Made by a program: the position numbers and the translations under genes
Part shown: positions 49,676 to 60,951 of the stretch, in pieces
Layout of the letters: each line of letters starts with the position of its first letter
Numbering within the stretch: position 1 is the stretch's first letter
Notes under the pieces: model-generated
Told to the model about the DNA's origin: nothing
Database searches by the model: none
The model's input: only the letters and a program-made list of their open reading frames with translations
DNA from: Octopus sinensis
Lineage: Eukaryota
Direction of reading: 5' to 3'
DNA length: 64,000 nt
Assembly (NCBI RefSeq): GCF_006345805.1
Contig: NC_043021.1
Coordinates: forward strand, 10,974,001-11,038,000

Positions 49676-49677
49676 TA

Positions 49678-49710
<33 letters not shown>

Positions 49711-49714
49711 ATAT

Positions 49715-49745
<31 letters not shown>

Positions 49746-50289
49746 ATGAGGAGTACAAAATATATAAGTGGATGATGAGTAAAGCACCAGCACAGCTTCG
49801 ATTATCTGTAATTATCCGTAGATGCAGAAACTACATAGCGGTGGTTGAGGTAACAAGTACTAATAAAATAGATGGAAAAAAACGATTTTATTTAGTACGA
49901 CACATGTTTCGACCCGTTCTGGATCTCTTTGAGTACATAAATAAATAAATAAAAAAAGGATCACAATTTTGTTTTCAATTTTGTTTACAATAATGTTTTC
50001 TTTTGACACATTCTACCAGTATACGAAGTTTCAAATTGTTTAGTTAACTAGAAAATTCCGTCCATCAAACAGAAAAGATCAAAAAAAAAAAAAGTATCAC
50101 TAGAGATTCGGTTTTACGTATCGCTAAATGTCCGTCAACTTTGGGACTGAGTAAAAAAAAAAAACAGAGAACAGTTGAAGCGCGAAAAATTCAAATATGA
50201 ACGTGAAAATTCTAGTTTAAGAGAAAACGACGTAATGTGCCATCACTGTTGTAACTGCCGAGAAAGAAAAGGAAGTAGAAAGGAAGATG

Positions 50290-50672
50290 GGAAGCACTCC
50301 GTCGGTTACGACGACGAGTGTTCCGGTTGATCCGATCAACGGAACAGCCTGCTCGTGAAATTAACGTGTAAGTGGCTGAGCACTCCACAGACACGTCTAC
50401 CCTTGACGTAGTTCTCGGGAATATTCAGCGTGACACAGAGAGTGACAAGGCCAGCCCTTTGAAATACAGGTACAACAGAAACAGGAAGTAAGAGTGAGAG
50501 AAAGTTGTGGTGAAAGAGTACAGCAGGGATCACCACCATCCCTGCCGGAGCCTCGTGGAGCTTTTTTATGTGTTTTTACTCAATAAACACTCACAACGCC
50601 CGGTCTGGGAATCGAAACCACGATCGTACGACAGCGAGTCCGCTGCCCTAACCACTGGGCCATTGCGCCTCC
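50290..50672 (-). mobile_element. SINE family C, full length
   Basis: Minus-strand head GGAGGCGCAATGGCCCAGTGGTTAGGGC...GGTTTCGATTCCC; second copy at 58882-59262. Confidence 0.9.
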
Positions 50673-50748
50673 TGGAAAGGAAGATAATACTTAAACGAAA
50701 AACATTTTTTTGCATTTCGTGCTCATAAGCACATAGACATACACAAAG

Positions 50749-50749
50749 A

Positions 50750-50793
<44 letters not shown>

Positions 50794-50870
50794 ATCTATC
50801 TATCTATCTATCTATCATCTATCTATCTATCATCTATCTATCTATCATCTATCTATCTATCTATCTATCT
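50749..50870. repeat. (TATC)n microsatellite, left flank of the LINE
   Basis: TATC/ATC repeats. Confidence 0.95.
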
Positions 50871-51274
50871 CTGACGGATGTGATGTCGTTTCAGCTCCGA
50901 AGGTAATCATTTATTTTGACCATTTAAAAGTGTATATTGACAAACATTTTGTGCTTAAAAGTTGTGCAACAACATCCACTGTAAACCTTTGATAAATATC
51001 GACACAAAATTTTGCCCCTTGTGGGCAAAATTTAAAAGAAAAAATTCTCATAGCCTTCGTGGTTTCATTTAGCCATTTTTTTCCAAAATGGCCACTGGCC
51101 ACCACGAGGCTGAGTTGCAAGTGAAGCGTGACGCAGAAACAAAAAACAGGATGCTCTGTTAGCATACGCCGAACCTGACAACTCCACCACCACCAACAGC
51201 AACAATACAAAACAAAGGTCGCAAGGCCAAGCACCGTCAACACCATCAGTGAGTCCACCACCACCACCAACACC

Positions 51275-53234
51275 ATGGCAGAATCTGCTACTAAAACTGC
51301 TATCCCTACTAAAGATATCGCCACCAATAACAACATCACCATCACCGCCACCAAAGACCGTGCCGTCAATGCTACTAATACTACCAACACCACCGCCGTC
51401 ACCAAGAACGACAATAACAACAACAACAACGACGACAACAACAATTCCCTTCAACCACTGCTCACTCCATCACCAACAAGTGAAAAAATAACGACGACAA
51501 GCAAACGAAATGTCGAATTTTGCCCTAGTGCAGGACTAAAGTACGCAGGCAATTTTCCACCCCTTCCTACTTGCACGATCGAACCAAACACACCAATTTT
51601 ACAAACTGCAGCCAACAACAACATCACCACAAGCAACAACAATAACAAAACAACAACAAATTTCGCTGAGGCGATTAAAGAAAAAAAAAACAACAATATA
51701 CTTTACGGCTCAACAAATACAGGACACGAACATCAAAATAACAGAATCAGAAGGTATAGTAAAAATAAACATACCAGAAGATATTTTGGAAAATGAAAAA
51801 AGACGAACAATCATTTATAAAATAGTTAACAAAAAAACAAAAATCCCAGAGAAGGCCAACACAAGCAAAATAGAGAAGTGCTTGAAACCCATCTGGGATC
51901 ACAAAGAATATGTAACCTGGTGGAACAAATTTGCCCACATACAAGTCGTTTTCTACACCGAAGAGTTAGCTAGACATTTCTCAACGCTAACTCTTCACTC
52001 AGATGAACTCCAACTTACACCAAGCTATCGGGGACAGAAAGTGACTAAGATCACTCTAAACAATGTCCCCAAAATAGCCAATAGTCTATGGCTTGTAAAG
52101 GCCTTATGCGTAAAAATGGCGAATTATACTATTTTGGAAACCACAGTCACAGAGCATAAAAACTGGGTGGGAAAAAAAATAGAATTTCTTCTACATATAC
52201 ATCATGAAGATATAAAAAAAATACCCACCCAGATATGTGTATCAGACGACCACAAGTTATATGGGGTCGTCGATGGCAGAAGACCACGTTGCTACATATG
52301 CGGCAGTGAGCAACACCTCAAAAAAGACTGCAAATCTGCCGCAAGAAAACAACAGCAACAACAACAGCAGCCGGAAACAAAAACAAATAAACAAGGTTTA
52401 CTACCCACACCACTTTTTGCAGGAACAAACCTCACCAAACAAACAACCACACCAACTGCAGCACCAAGAACAGAAGCAGCATCACCAACAACAACAACCA
52501 AGAATATACCAACTCCCAAACCAAGGACATCTGCCAAAAAGACACCCAGCAAAAATGAAGAAACAATTACAACTCCAAATCCCCACAAAATTGAGACCCT
52601 AAACAACACAACAATACCCACAATCACTCAAACACAAAATACCCAAACCCCACATCCAAAACCGCATACACCACAACCAAACACTCACCAACCAACACCA
52701 ACAACAAAACCAACACAGTCGACAATAGACCCCAATACTTTCCCTCTTCCAGACTCCGCTTCGTCTGATCTGTCATTAGACGAAGAAGACACGGAAGATT
52801 GGCAAATAGCCACAGGGGGGAGAAGAAAAAGGGGAAAAAAAAGAAAAGAAAAAATAACAAACAAAGCGGGAAGATACACCACTCCCGAAACAAAAACATC
52901 CACAGAAAACACACACATCAACACAAACACACCATCATCAAACCCCCCAAAAATGTTGACAGCCATAAACACAAACAACCACGACCTAATGGAACACATT
53001 AGGTCAAACACTAACATTACTGAAAACGACATAAAAACAAGTAACTACCCACACACAACACCACCACAACACATTAAAATAATACACGTGACACAGAACA
53101 CATACAGCACCCTGAAATCTCTTTACCCTGATGCAGTAGGGAGATTTCAAAAGTACTCATCGAAAAAACTGTATAAAAGCCTCATAGAAGAAGACCGTGA
53201 GGTGAAAGACAAAGAACTTTCGAAAAACAAGTAA
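51275..53234 (+). CDS. LINE ORF1 (gag-like nucleic-acid-binding protein), one frameshift at the A10 run 51681-51690
   Basis: ACCATGG start; NFAEAIK motif; removing one A joins to KTTIYFTAQQIQD...ILENEKRR; zinc knuckle CYICGSEQHLKKDC; T/P/Q-rich linker; basic RRKRGKKRK. Confidence 0.85.
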
Positions 53235-53276
53235 CCTTTTCTCTCTCCTTTTCCTTTTTTGCACTTTTATCGGAAC

Positions 53277-56200
53277 ATGCTCAGAATAGGTAGTATAAAT
53301 GTACGTGGCTTGGGGTCGCCTTGGAAACAAGGCTACCTGTTAAATGACATCAAGTCACTAAATCTGAATATCATAGCCATCAGTGAGACCAGACTCCACA
53401 GCTTGCGGGCACTCCAGCACATTTTCGGTACACATTTCAACATTTATTTTTCTCCGTGTCTACCGAGAATGGGCGGAGGGGCACCGCGGTGCTTATCCGG
53501 AAGAGTCTGGATCTCAAAGTAAGAGCAAATTTCCTAGACCCGGAGGGTAGGCTGGTCGTTTTGGATGTCGATGGCAGCAATGAGTGTGCTTTTCGACTGA
53601 TAGCAGTTTATGCTCCGTCCTTAACAGGCCGACCAGATTTCTTTCGACGTCTAGAGTCTTTCATGGAACGTCTCGTCCTTTACTTTTAGTGGGGGATTGG
53701 AATGCCACCCTGGACACGCATCTAGACTACGTGGGCAGAGATAGCAATAGAAGGGGATGCAAATGCCTCAAAGACCTGCTCAGACGTTTCCAACTGTCTG
53801 ACAGGTACCGACTGGACCACCCGAATGTGCCAATGTGGACATGGAGTAACCGCATCGGGTCGTCCAGATCATACTTAGATAGAGTATTCTGTAGGACAAT
53901 AGATAAAAATAGTGTAGGTTGTCCACAATTTCATATAGTCAGTTACACAGATCACAAGTTTGTGACTTGTACACTTGACTTAGATAAGACACATAGGCAG
54001 GGTCCTGGTTACTGGAAACTGAACGCGTCTTTTACAGCACGACAGGTTTACAGGGACCGGATCAGCACATTAGTTAAGAGAGCTTTGACGGGTACCATCA
54101 TCAACAACAGATGGTGGTATGCCCTAAAAAAAGCGATTAAAGCAGAATCAGTCAGATACAGTAGAGCCCTAGCATTAGACCGAAATAGAATAGAGGGAGA
54201 TTAGTTAAGGTTTTAGAAGAGGCACTTAGAACTGGCATCGCGTCCAACGTACTGGCGGCGAGATTGGCCCTCGACCAACACCTCAACGCCAAACACGAGG
54301 GATGCGTTGTCAGAGCTAGGATGCGTGCTCTGAGGAACGAAGGAGTTGGATCCGCCCAAGAGGCCCGAGTGGTGGAGACGCAACGAGGCAACAGAGCCAC
54401 CATCAAGTCTCTTATAGATGAACAGGGGCGCGAATTGCTCGAGCCTAAAAGGATGTGTGGGGTTTTTCAACAACACTTCACCCAACTGTTTGGGACAAGT
54501 GGTGAGTCAGAAAGCAGAGTGGACTTTAGTGCCTACCTGCATGCCTTGCCACGACTCTCAGCAAGAGGAGGTGGAGTCTTGTGAAAAGCCTATCACAGCT
54601 GCGGACGTACAGGATGCGATGGTAGGCTGCGCGAGAGACAAGTCACCAGGCTTGGATGGTCTGCCCTACGAATTTTATTTTCATATGCCAGACTTGTTTG
54701 GAGGCGTCTTGGCAGCTGTCTACTGCAACTGGCAGCAGAACGGGAGTATTCCTGCTTTTGTAAAGCGAGGAGCAGTGGCACTGATCAAGAAAGACCCAAA
54801 CAAGGGGGACGTCATAGATAATTTCAGGCCCATCACTCTGCTCAACGCAGATTTGAAAATTTTGGCCAAGGTGTTAGCCGAGAGGTTGGCGCTTGTCATC
54901 AAGAAACTAATCGACAAGGCGCAAACATGCGCCGTGCCGGGTAGAAGTATTCATGACAACCTCCATCTGATGCGCTACATCATAGACAGGGTAGTTAAAA
55001 ATCCTGGCATGGGTGGGGCGCTGATCAATTTGGATCAATCAAAAGCCTTCGATAGGGTAGACCATCACTACTTGGAGGCTGTCCTCAAAGCGGCTGGTTT
55101 CGGTCCAGTTTTCCGCGGTTGGATCGCTGCCTTATACAGCGGCATCCGCTCAGTAGTTCGCGTAAATGGTCATCTATCCAGACCTTTTAACATCATGCGT
55201 TCGGTTCGTCAGGGATGCCCCCTCTCATCGCTGCTGTATGTACTGACTCTTGAGCCACTACTGCGGAAACTGGCGACGCTGAGGGGCATCCCACGAGAGC
55301 TGGGATGCGGGAGGAGCGTGTCTGCATACGCGGATGACGTCACCGTCATAGTGTCGAGCTACGAGCACATCGAGCTGGTCGGCGAGACACTGAAAGAATA
55401 CGAAGCGGTAACGGGAGCAAAAATTAACCGGGAAAAGTCAGTGGCTTGCGGCTCGGCACCTGGAGAAGCAAGCCCATGCCGTCCAACAGCGTCTCCATCG
55501 TGGGACGCTGGACGGACGGACCGGTTAAATTGCTCGGGGTCTGGTTCGGTCCGGACCTCCAAATGGAGAAGAATTGGGGCGAGATAACGACTAGGGTGGC
55601 TACTCTCACCCAGAAATGGACTGAGAGAAAGCTATCCCTAAAAGGTCGGGCGGAGGTGGCGAACGCGTACATCGCATCCGTCATCGAGTATCGTCTGACC
55701 GTCGTGCCTTGTCCCGACCCTACCATCACCAAACTGGAACGCATACTCTTCCGCTTCTTGTGGAAGGGAAACGTTCCGATGGTTAGGCGATCCATTTGCT
55801 GCCAACACCCGCTAAATGGAGGGCTGGGCATGCCGTGGTTGATGATGCGCAGACATGCGCTGAGACTGCGACATCTCCGGCGCTTCATAGACAACGGTGA
55901 ACAGGGGTGGTCGCCTTTTGTGCGGCGCGCTTTCCCGCAGCTCGTCTCCTTGGACGAACTACAGTCATGGATCAAGCAGAGACCGAGGCTAGGCGAATGG
56001 CACCGCGAGTGTCGCGTTGCTCTCAAGCAACCTGCCGTCCGGGATCGAACTTGTGCGACTCCATCACAACAAAGGCATTCTATAGAGGATTAGTGGAGGG
56101 GAGGTGCGATGACGAACTCGGGCAGAGTCTGGGCGTCGACGAGGAACACCTGACCCGCCTGTTCAGGACAACTTTCGGGCCGGGACCTATGAACAATCAC

Positions 56201-56709
56201 CAAAGATCCCTGGCCTGGCAGTGCTATCGAGAAGCATTACCTGTTCGGGATAAGCTCTACAGACACGGTTCCAGACACACTGGACCGACTTGCCCGAGAT
56301 GCGGTCAGAGCGACGAAACCGTTCTGCACGCACTCGTGCAATGTCCAACCATTTCCGACCTGTGGGCTTATGCCGAACGGCTGCTGTCACGTGTGGGACG
56401 AATCCGCCTATCGGCCGAGTCTATCGTGGGAATTGCTCCGCCCCCTTCCCTCAACCGGGAAGGCAAGGCAGTTTTCATCGTACTGGTGGCCATGGTGAAA
56501 GAATGTGTGTGGTGGACTCGAGCGAAAGGATTAGAGACAAACACTTACCTCTCTGGCCAATCGCTCATCAACTTTTTCAAGTACCACTTGAAAAGGAAGG
56601 TGAGAATGGAGAGGGAAGTTTTGTCTCGCGAAAGATTCAAAAAAAGATGGGTGAATGTTGCAAGATGGTGCGTGCTAGTGACGAAACCATTTTGAGCATG
56701 ATCCTGTAG
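53277..56709 (+). CDS. LINE ORF2 (AP endonuclease, reverse transcriptase, C-terminal zinc finger), about 7 frameshifts
   Basis: SINVRGL, ISETRL, GDWNA, YLDRVF, TDHK; KSPGLDGLPYEFY, FRPITLLNADLKILAK, LDQSKAFDRVDH, VRQGCPLS, AYADDV; CPRCGQSDETVLHALVQC. Confidence 0.95.
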
Positions 56710-57010
56710 ATCGTAAAAAAGAAAGAAAGAGAGCATTTTTGACCTCATGTGTTTATTTCCTCCCTGACTGGGGTTCCCGTGGTCTTTTCTGTAGGCTTTT
56801 CTTCCACGGATGAACCCAATCTTGTTATATCAATGATTACACCATTATTTCTGTGATACACGATTTTCTTTTTTCCTTTTTTTCCTCCTCTTGATCCCTT
56901 TTGATCGCAATCTTACATTTTTTTTTTTTTTTCCACCCTCGAAAAGAAAAGCTCTGCATTTGTATTTGTCCCCTCTGTATTCAGCCCTGTGTGGCTAATA
57001 AAAGAAAGTT

Positions 57011-57092
57011 GTCTGTCTGTCTGTCTGTCTATCATCTGTCTATCATCTGTCTATCATCTATCTATCATCTATCTATCATCTATCTATCTATC

Positions 57093-57139
<47 letters not shown>
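57011..57139. repeat. (TGTC)n/(TATC)n microsatellite, right flank of the LINE
   Basis: Same orientation as the left-flank TATC tract. Confidence 0.95.
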
Positions 57140-57141
<2 letters not shown>

Positions 57142-57820
57142 CTTTTACTTGTTTCAGTCGTTTGACTGTGGTCATGCTGGAACACCGCCTTTAGTCGAGT
57201 AAATCGACCCCAGGACTTATTCTTTGTAAGCCTTGTACTTATTCTATCGGTCTATTTTGCCGAACCGATAAGTTACGGGGACGTAAACACACAAGCATAG
57301 GTTGTCAAGCAATGTTGGGGGGACAAACACAGACGCACACACACACATATACATATATACGATGGGCTTCTTTCAGTTTATATATATATATATATATATA
57401 TCTTTTACTCTTTTACTTGTTTGTCATTTAACTGCGGCCATGCTGGAGCACCGCCATTAGTCGAGCCAATCGATTCCAGGACTTATTAGTCGAGCCAATC
57501 GATTCCAGGACTTATTCTTTGTAAGCCTAGTACTTATTCTATCGGTCTCTTTTGCCGAACCGCTAAGTTACGGGGACATAAACACAGCAGCATCGGTTGT
57601 CAAGCGATGTTGGGGGGGGGACAAACACAGACACACACACACATATATACATATATACGACGGGCTTCTTTCAGTTTCCGTCTACCAAATCTACTCACAA
57701 GGTTTTGGTCGGCCCGAGGCTATAGTAGAAGACACTTGCTCAAGGTGCCACGCAATGGGACTGAACCTGGAACCATGTGGTTCGTAAGCAAGTTACTTAC
57801 CACACAGCCACTCCTACGCC
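57140..57820 (-). mobile_element. Two SINE family A copies (57140-57378 partial; 57402-57820 full, with a short internal duplication)
   Basis: Match to family A; ATTAGTCGAGCCAATCGATTCCAGGACTT occurs twice. Confidence 0.9.
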
Positions 57821-57829
57821 TATGATTTC

Positions 57830-58085
57830 AAAATTTAAAAGATTATCAGGCTCTTTTTGGATGCACAACCAGAAGCAACATCCATGTGTCTCTTCAAAAG
57901 CATTACCCATCCTTCTACAGTTCTCCATGGTATATTGTTGTGAAGGAGGATTTTCAGTTCTGGCAAATATCAAAAACCAAAAAGTGGAAAGGCTTTTTTG
58001 TGTCTGAGCAGATGTGAGTCTGTTTATCTCAAATTTGGCCTAATGTAAAGGAGATTACTAGTCAAAAACAACCTCATATCTTTGA
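57830..58085 (+). pseudogene. hAT transposase C-terminal dimerisation-domain relic
   Basis: FWMHNQKQHPCVSSKALPILLQFSMVYCCEGGFSVLANIK fits the Charlie/ZBED-type FW..YP....A...L.F...Y.CE.GFS motif. Confidence 0.8.
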
Positions 58086-58141
58086 ATTTGTGTATTTTAA
58101 TCATATTACAAGTTATTTGTGTTATATTTTATATTTAACGC

Positions 58142-58320
58142 TTTTCTGCTGATACGTTCTGAGTTCAAATTCCGCCGAGGTCGACCTAGCCTTTCATCCT
58201 TTCGGGGTCGATAAATTAAGTACCAGTTACGCTCTGGGGTCGATGTAATCGACTTAATCCGTTTGTTTGTCCTTGTTTGTCCCCCTTTGTGTTTAGCCCT
58301 TGTGGGTAGTAAAGAAATAA
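58142..58320 (+). mobile_element. SINE family B body/tail unit
   Basis: TACGTTCTGAGTTCAAATTCCGCCGAGG...GTGGGTAGTAAAGAAATA. Confidence 0.85.
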
Positions 58321-58881
58321 GTAACACATAAAAACAAGTACTGTGTTTATAAAATAATATGTGTGTGCGTGTCTAAAAATTTCTCTGTGTAAAGTAAGTG
58401 AAACATATTTTCATTTATGGACAAGCATGACCCCCCCCCCCCCACACACACACACACACAAACAAACAAACACACAGAATCTAATAAAAAGGAGTTGGAA
58501 TTACATTCAGCACCTTCCTAACACACATAGAAGACAACGACAAAATAAAGAAAGTAAAAAGAATGACGCAGCGATCAAATATTTGAGGTTGGATCAACTG
58601 AAAAAAGTATATACAACGGCATAAAAGTAAAGGTACGTTTCTGTGAACAAAACAGACTACAAAACCCACAGAACTAGCACAATACAGGGTGGACTTATAC
58701 TGCCACCGATACAATAAAATAAACTTGCGCCAATACAACAAAACTGGTAAAAACAAATGGCTATTTTGTTATGTGAATGGTATGGTTTGTTGTTACAGCA
58801 AATTTCAATCCTGACAGTCTTTGCTACAAGATAAAAAAAATAAACCGTCTCTAAACACTCTCAGAGGTAGAAACAACAAAT

Positions 58882-59262
58882 GGAAGCACTCCGTCGGTTA
58901 CGACGACGAGGGTTCCGGTTGATCCGAATCAACGGAACAGCCTGCTCGTGAAATTAACGTGTAAGTAGCTGAGCACTCCACAGACACGTGTACCCTTAAC
59001 GTAGTTCTCGGAGATATTCAGCGTGACACAGAGAGTGACAAGGCCGGCCCTTTGAAATACAGGTACAACAGAAACGGGAAGTAAGAGTGAGAGAAAGTCG
59101 TGGTGAAAGAGTACAGCAGGGATCGCCACCATCCCCTGCCGGAGCCTCGTGGAGCTTTAGGTGTTTTCGCTTAATAAACACTCACAACGCCCGGTCTGGG
59201 AATCGAAACCGCGATCCTATGACCGCGAGTCCGCTGCCTTAACCACTGGGCCATTGCGCCTC
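58882..59262 (-). mobile_element. SINE family C, full length
   Basis: Near-identical to 50290-50672. Confidence 0.9.
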
Positions 59263-59388
59263 TCGCTATATCGCGGTTCATCTATCGGGATTTATTATTT
59301 AAACTTACGTCGATTCCTCTGTGGGTTTTTTTTTTTTGCATTTATACTAAAATAAATATATACAAGTTATAAAAATAATCAAAAGACA

Positions 59389-59775
59389 CAGGAGTGGCTG
59401 TGTGGTAAGTAGCTTGCTTACAAACTATATGGTTCCGGGTTCAGTCCCACTGTGTGGCACCTTGAGCAAGTGTCTTCTACTATAGCCTCAAGCCGACCAA
59501 AGCCTTGTGAGTGGATTTGGTAGACGGAAACTGAAAGAAGTTCCGTCGTATATGTATATATTTGTGTGTGATTGTGTTTCCGTGTTGTTCCCACCCCCAT
59601 CGCTTGATAACAGATGCTGGTGTGTTTACGTCCCCGTAACCTAGCGGTTCGGCAAAAGAATAAGTACTAGGCTTACTAATATTAGGCTTACAAAGAATAA
59701 GTCTTAGAATCGATTTGCTCGACTAAAGGCGGTGCTCCAGCATGGCCGCATAACTGAAACAAATAAAAGAAAAGA
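59389..59775 (+). mobile_element. SINE family A, full length
   Basis: CAGGAGTGGCTGTGTGGTAAG head to AACTGAAACAAATAAAAGA tail. Confidence 0.9.
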
Positions 59776-60051
59776 ATGAATGGAAGTACAGCACAGTTTC
59801 TGCTTCGCGGATTTTCACTTATCGCGTACCGCGGAGGTGGGATTATGAAGGTAACGCCGGTGATAATCGAAGGATTACTGTATACTAAGTCATTGGACTG
59901 CGGCCGTGCTGGAGCAGTGCCTTAACGGATTTTAGTCGAATGAATCGCCCACAGCCCCAACCCATTTTTTTTTTTAGTCTGGTTTTTTTATTTTATTGTC
60001 TCTTTTATTGAACGTTACGGGGACAGAAAACACACGACCACCGGTTGTCAA

Positions 60052-60436
60052 GAGCTGGCAGAGTCATTATCACTCCGTGCGAAATGCTTAACAGTCTTTC
60101 GTCTGCCGATACGTTCTGAGTTCAAATTCTGCCGAGGCTGACTTTGCCTTTCATCCTTTCGGGGTCGATTAAATAAGTACCAGTTACGCACTGGGGTCTA
60201 TGTAATCGACTTAATCCCTTTGTCTGCCCTTGTTTGTCCCCTCTATGTTTAGCCCCTTGTGGTCAGTAAAGAAATATATATCAACCCCAGTGCGTAACTG
60301 GTACTTATTTAATCGACCTCGAAAGGATGAAAGGCAAAGTCGACCTCGGCGAAATTTGAACTCAGAACGTAGCGGCAGACGAAATACCGCTGAATATTTC
60401 GCCCGGCGTGCTAATGATTCTGCCAGCTCGACGCCC
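60052..60436. mobile_element. Two SINE family B copies tail-to-tail (60052-60275 plus, 60280-60436 minus)
   Basis: Second copy is the reverse complement of the head and body of the first. Confidence 0.85.
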
Positions 60437-60951
60437 TCTAGTATTGTAGTGTAAATGAGCAGAGGATCTGTATAGTTGCTGGCAGGCATCGTTGAGTAAT
60501 CTTTATGTAATTTTTGTAAGCTTTATAACCTCTTTTCAGGACGATGCATTTAGTTGTTCGGTATGTTGCTGTCTTTGTTATTATTCGAGAAGTTTACACC
60601 TACCTCAACAGACAGAACCTATTTATTTCCTGTATATATATATATATACAGAGAGAGAGAGAGAGGTGGAGAGAAAGAGGCAGTGGGGTGTACAGTGGTC
60701 TTTTTGGCCTAAATACATATTCTTAAAGTGGAAAGTAAATTTAATTATGTGATTATACTTAATCACCTACACGCATGCCTCTACAAACACTTGTGTATAA
60801 TGGCGAGTGAGGGTACTATTTAAGAAGAGTGGTCCCGGTGCGCACACTCGCGCAAACCAGTCGTGACTAGTCGATCCTACAACGACTACCTAGCGCAAGT
60901 GCGCGTATGCAAATAGATGGTTTTTTAAAAAAAACATTTTTAAACAAAGTA

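Larger units (their letters stand above)
50871..57008 (+). mobile_element. Near full-length Tx1/L1-clade non-LTR retrotransposon
   Basis: 5' leader, ORF1 with CCHC, ORF2 APE-RT-ZnF, T-rich 3' UTR ending AATAAAAGAAAG; 5' boundary is either 50871 or about 51046. Confidence 0.95.

Noticed and set aside
50911-51696. Hydrophobic membrane-protein-like ORFs on the minus strand
   Set aside because: Antisense shadow of the ACA/CAA-rich LINE 5' region and ORF1
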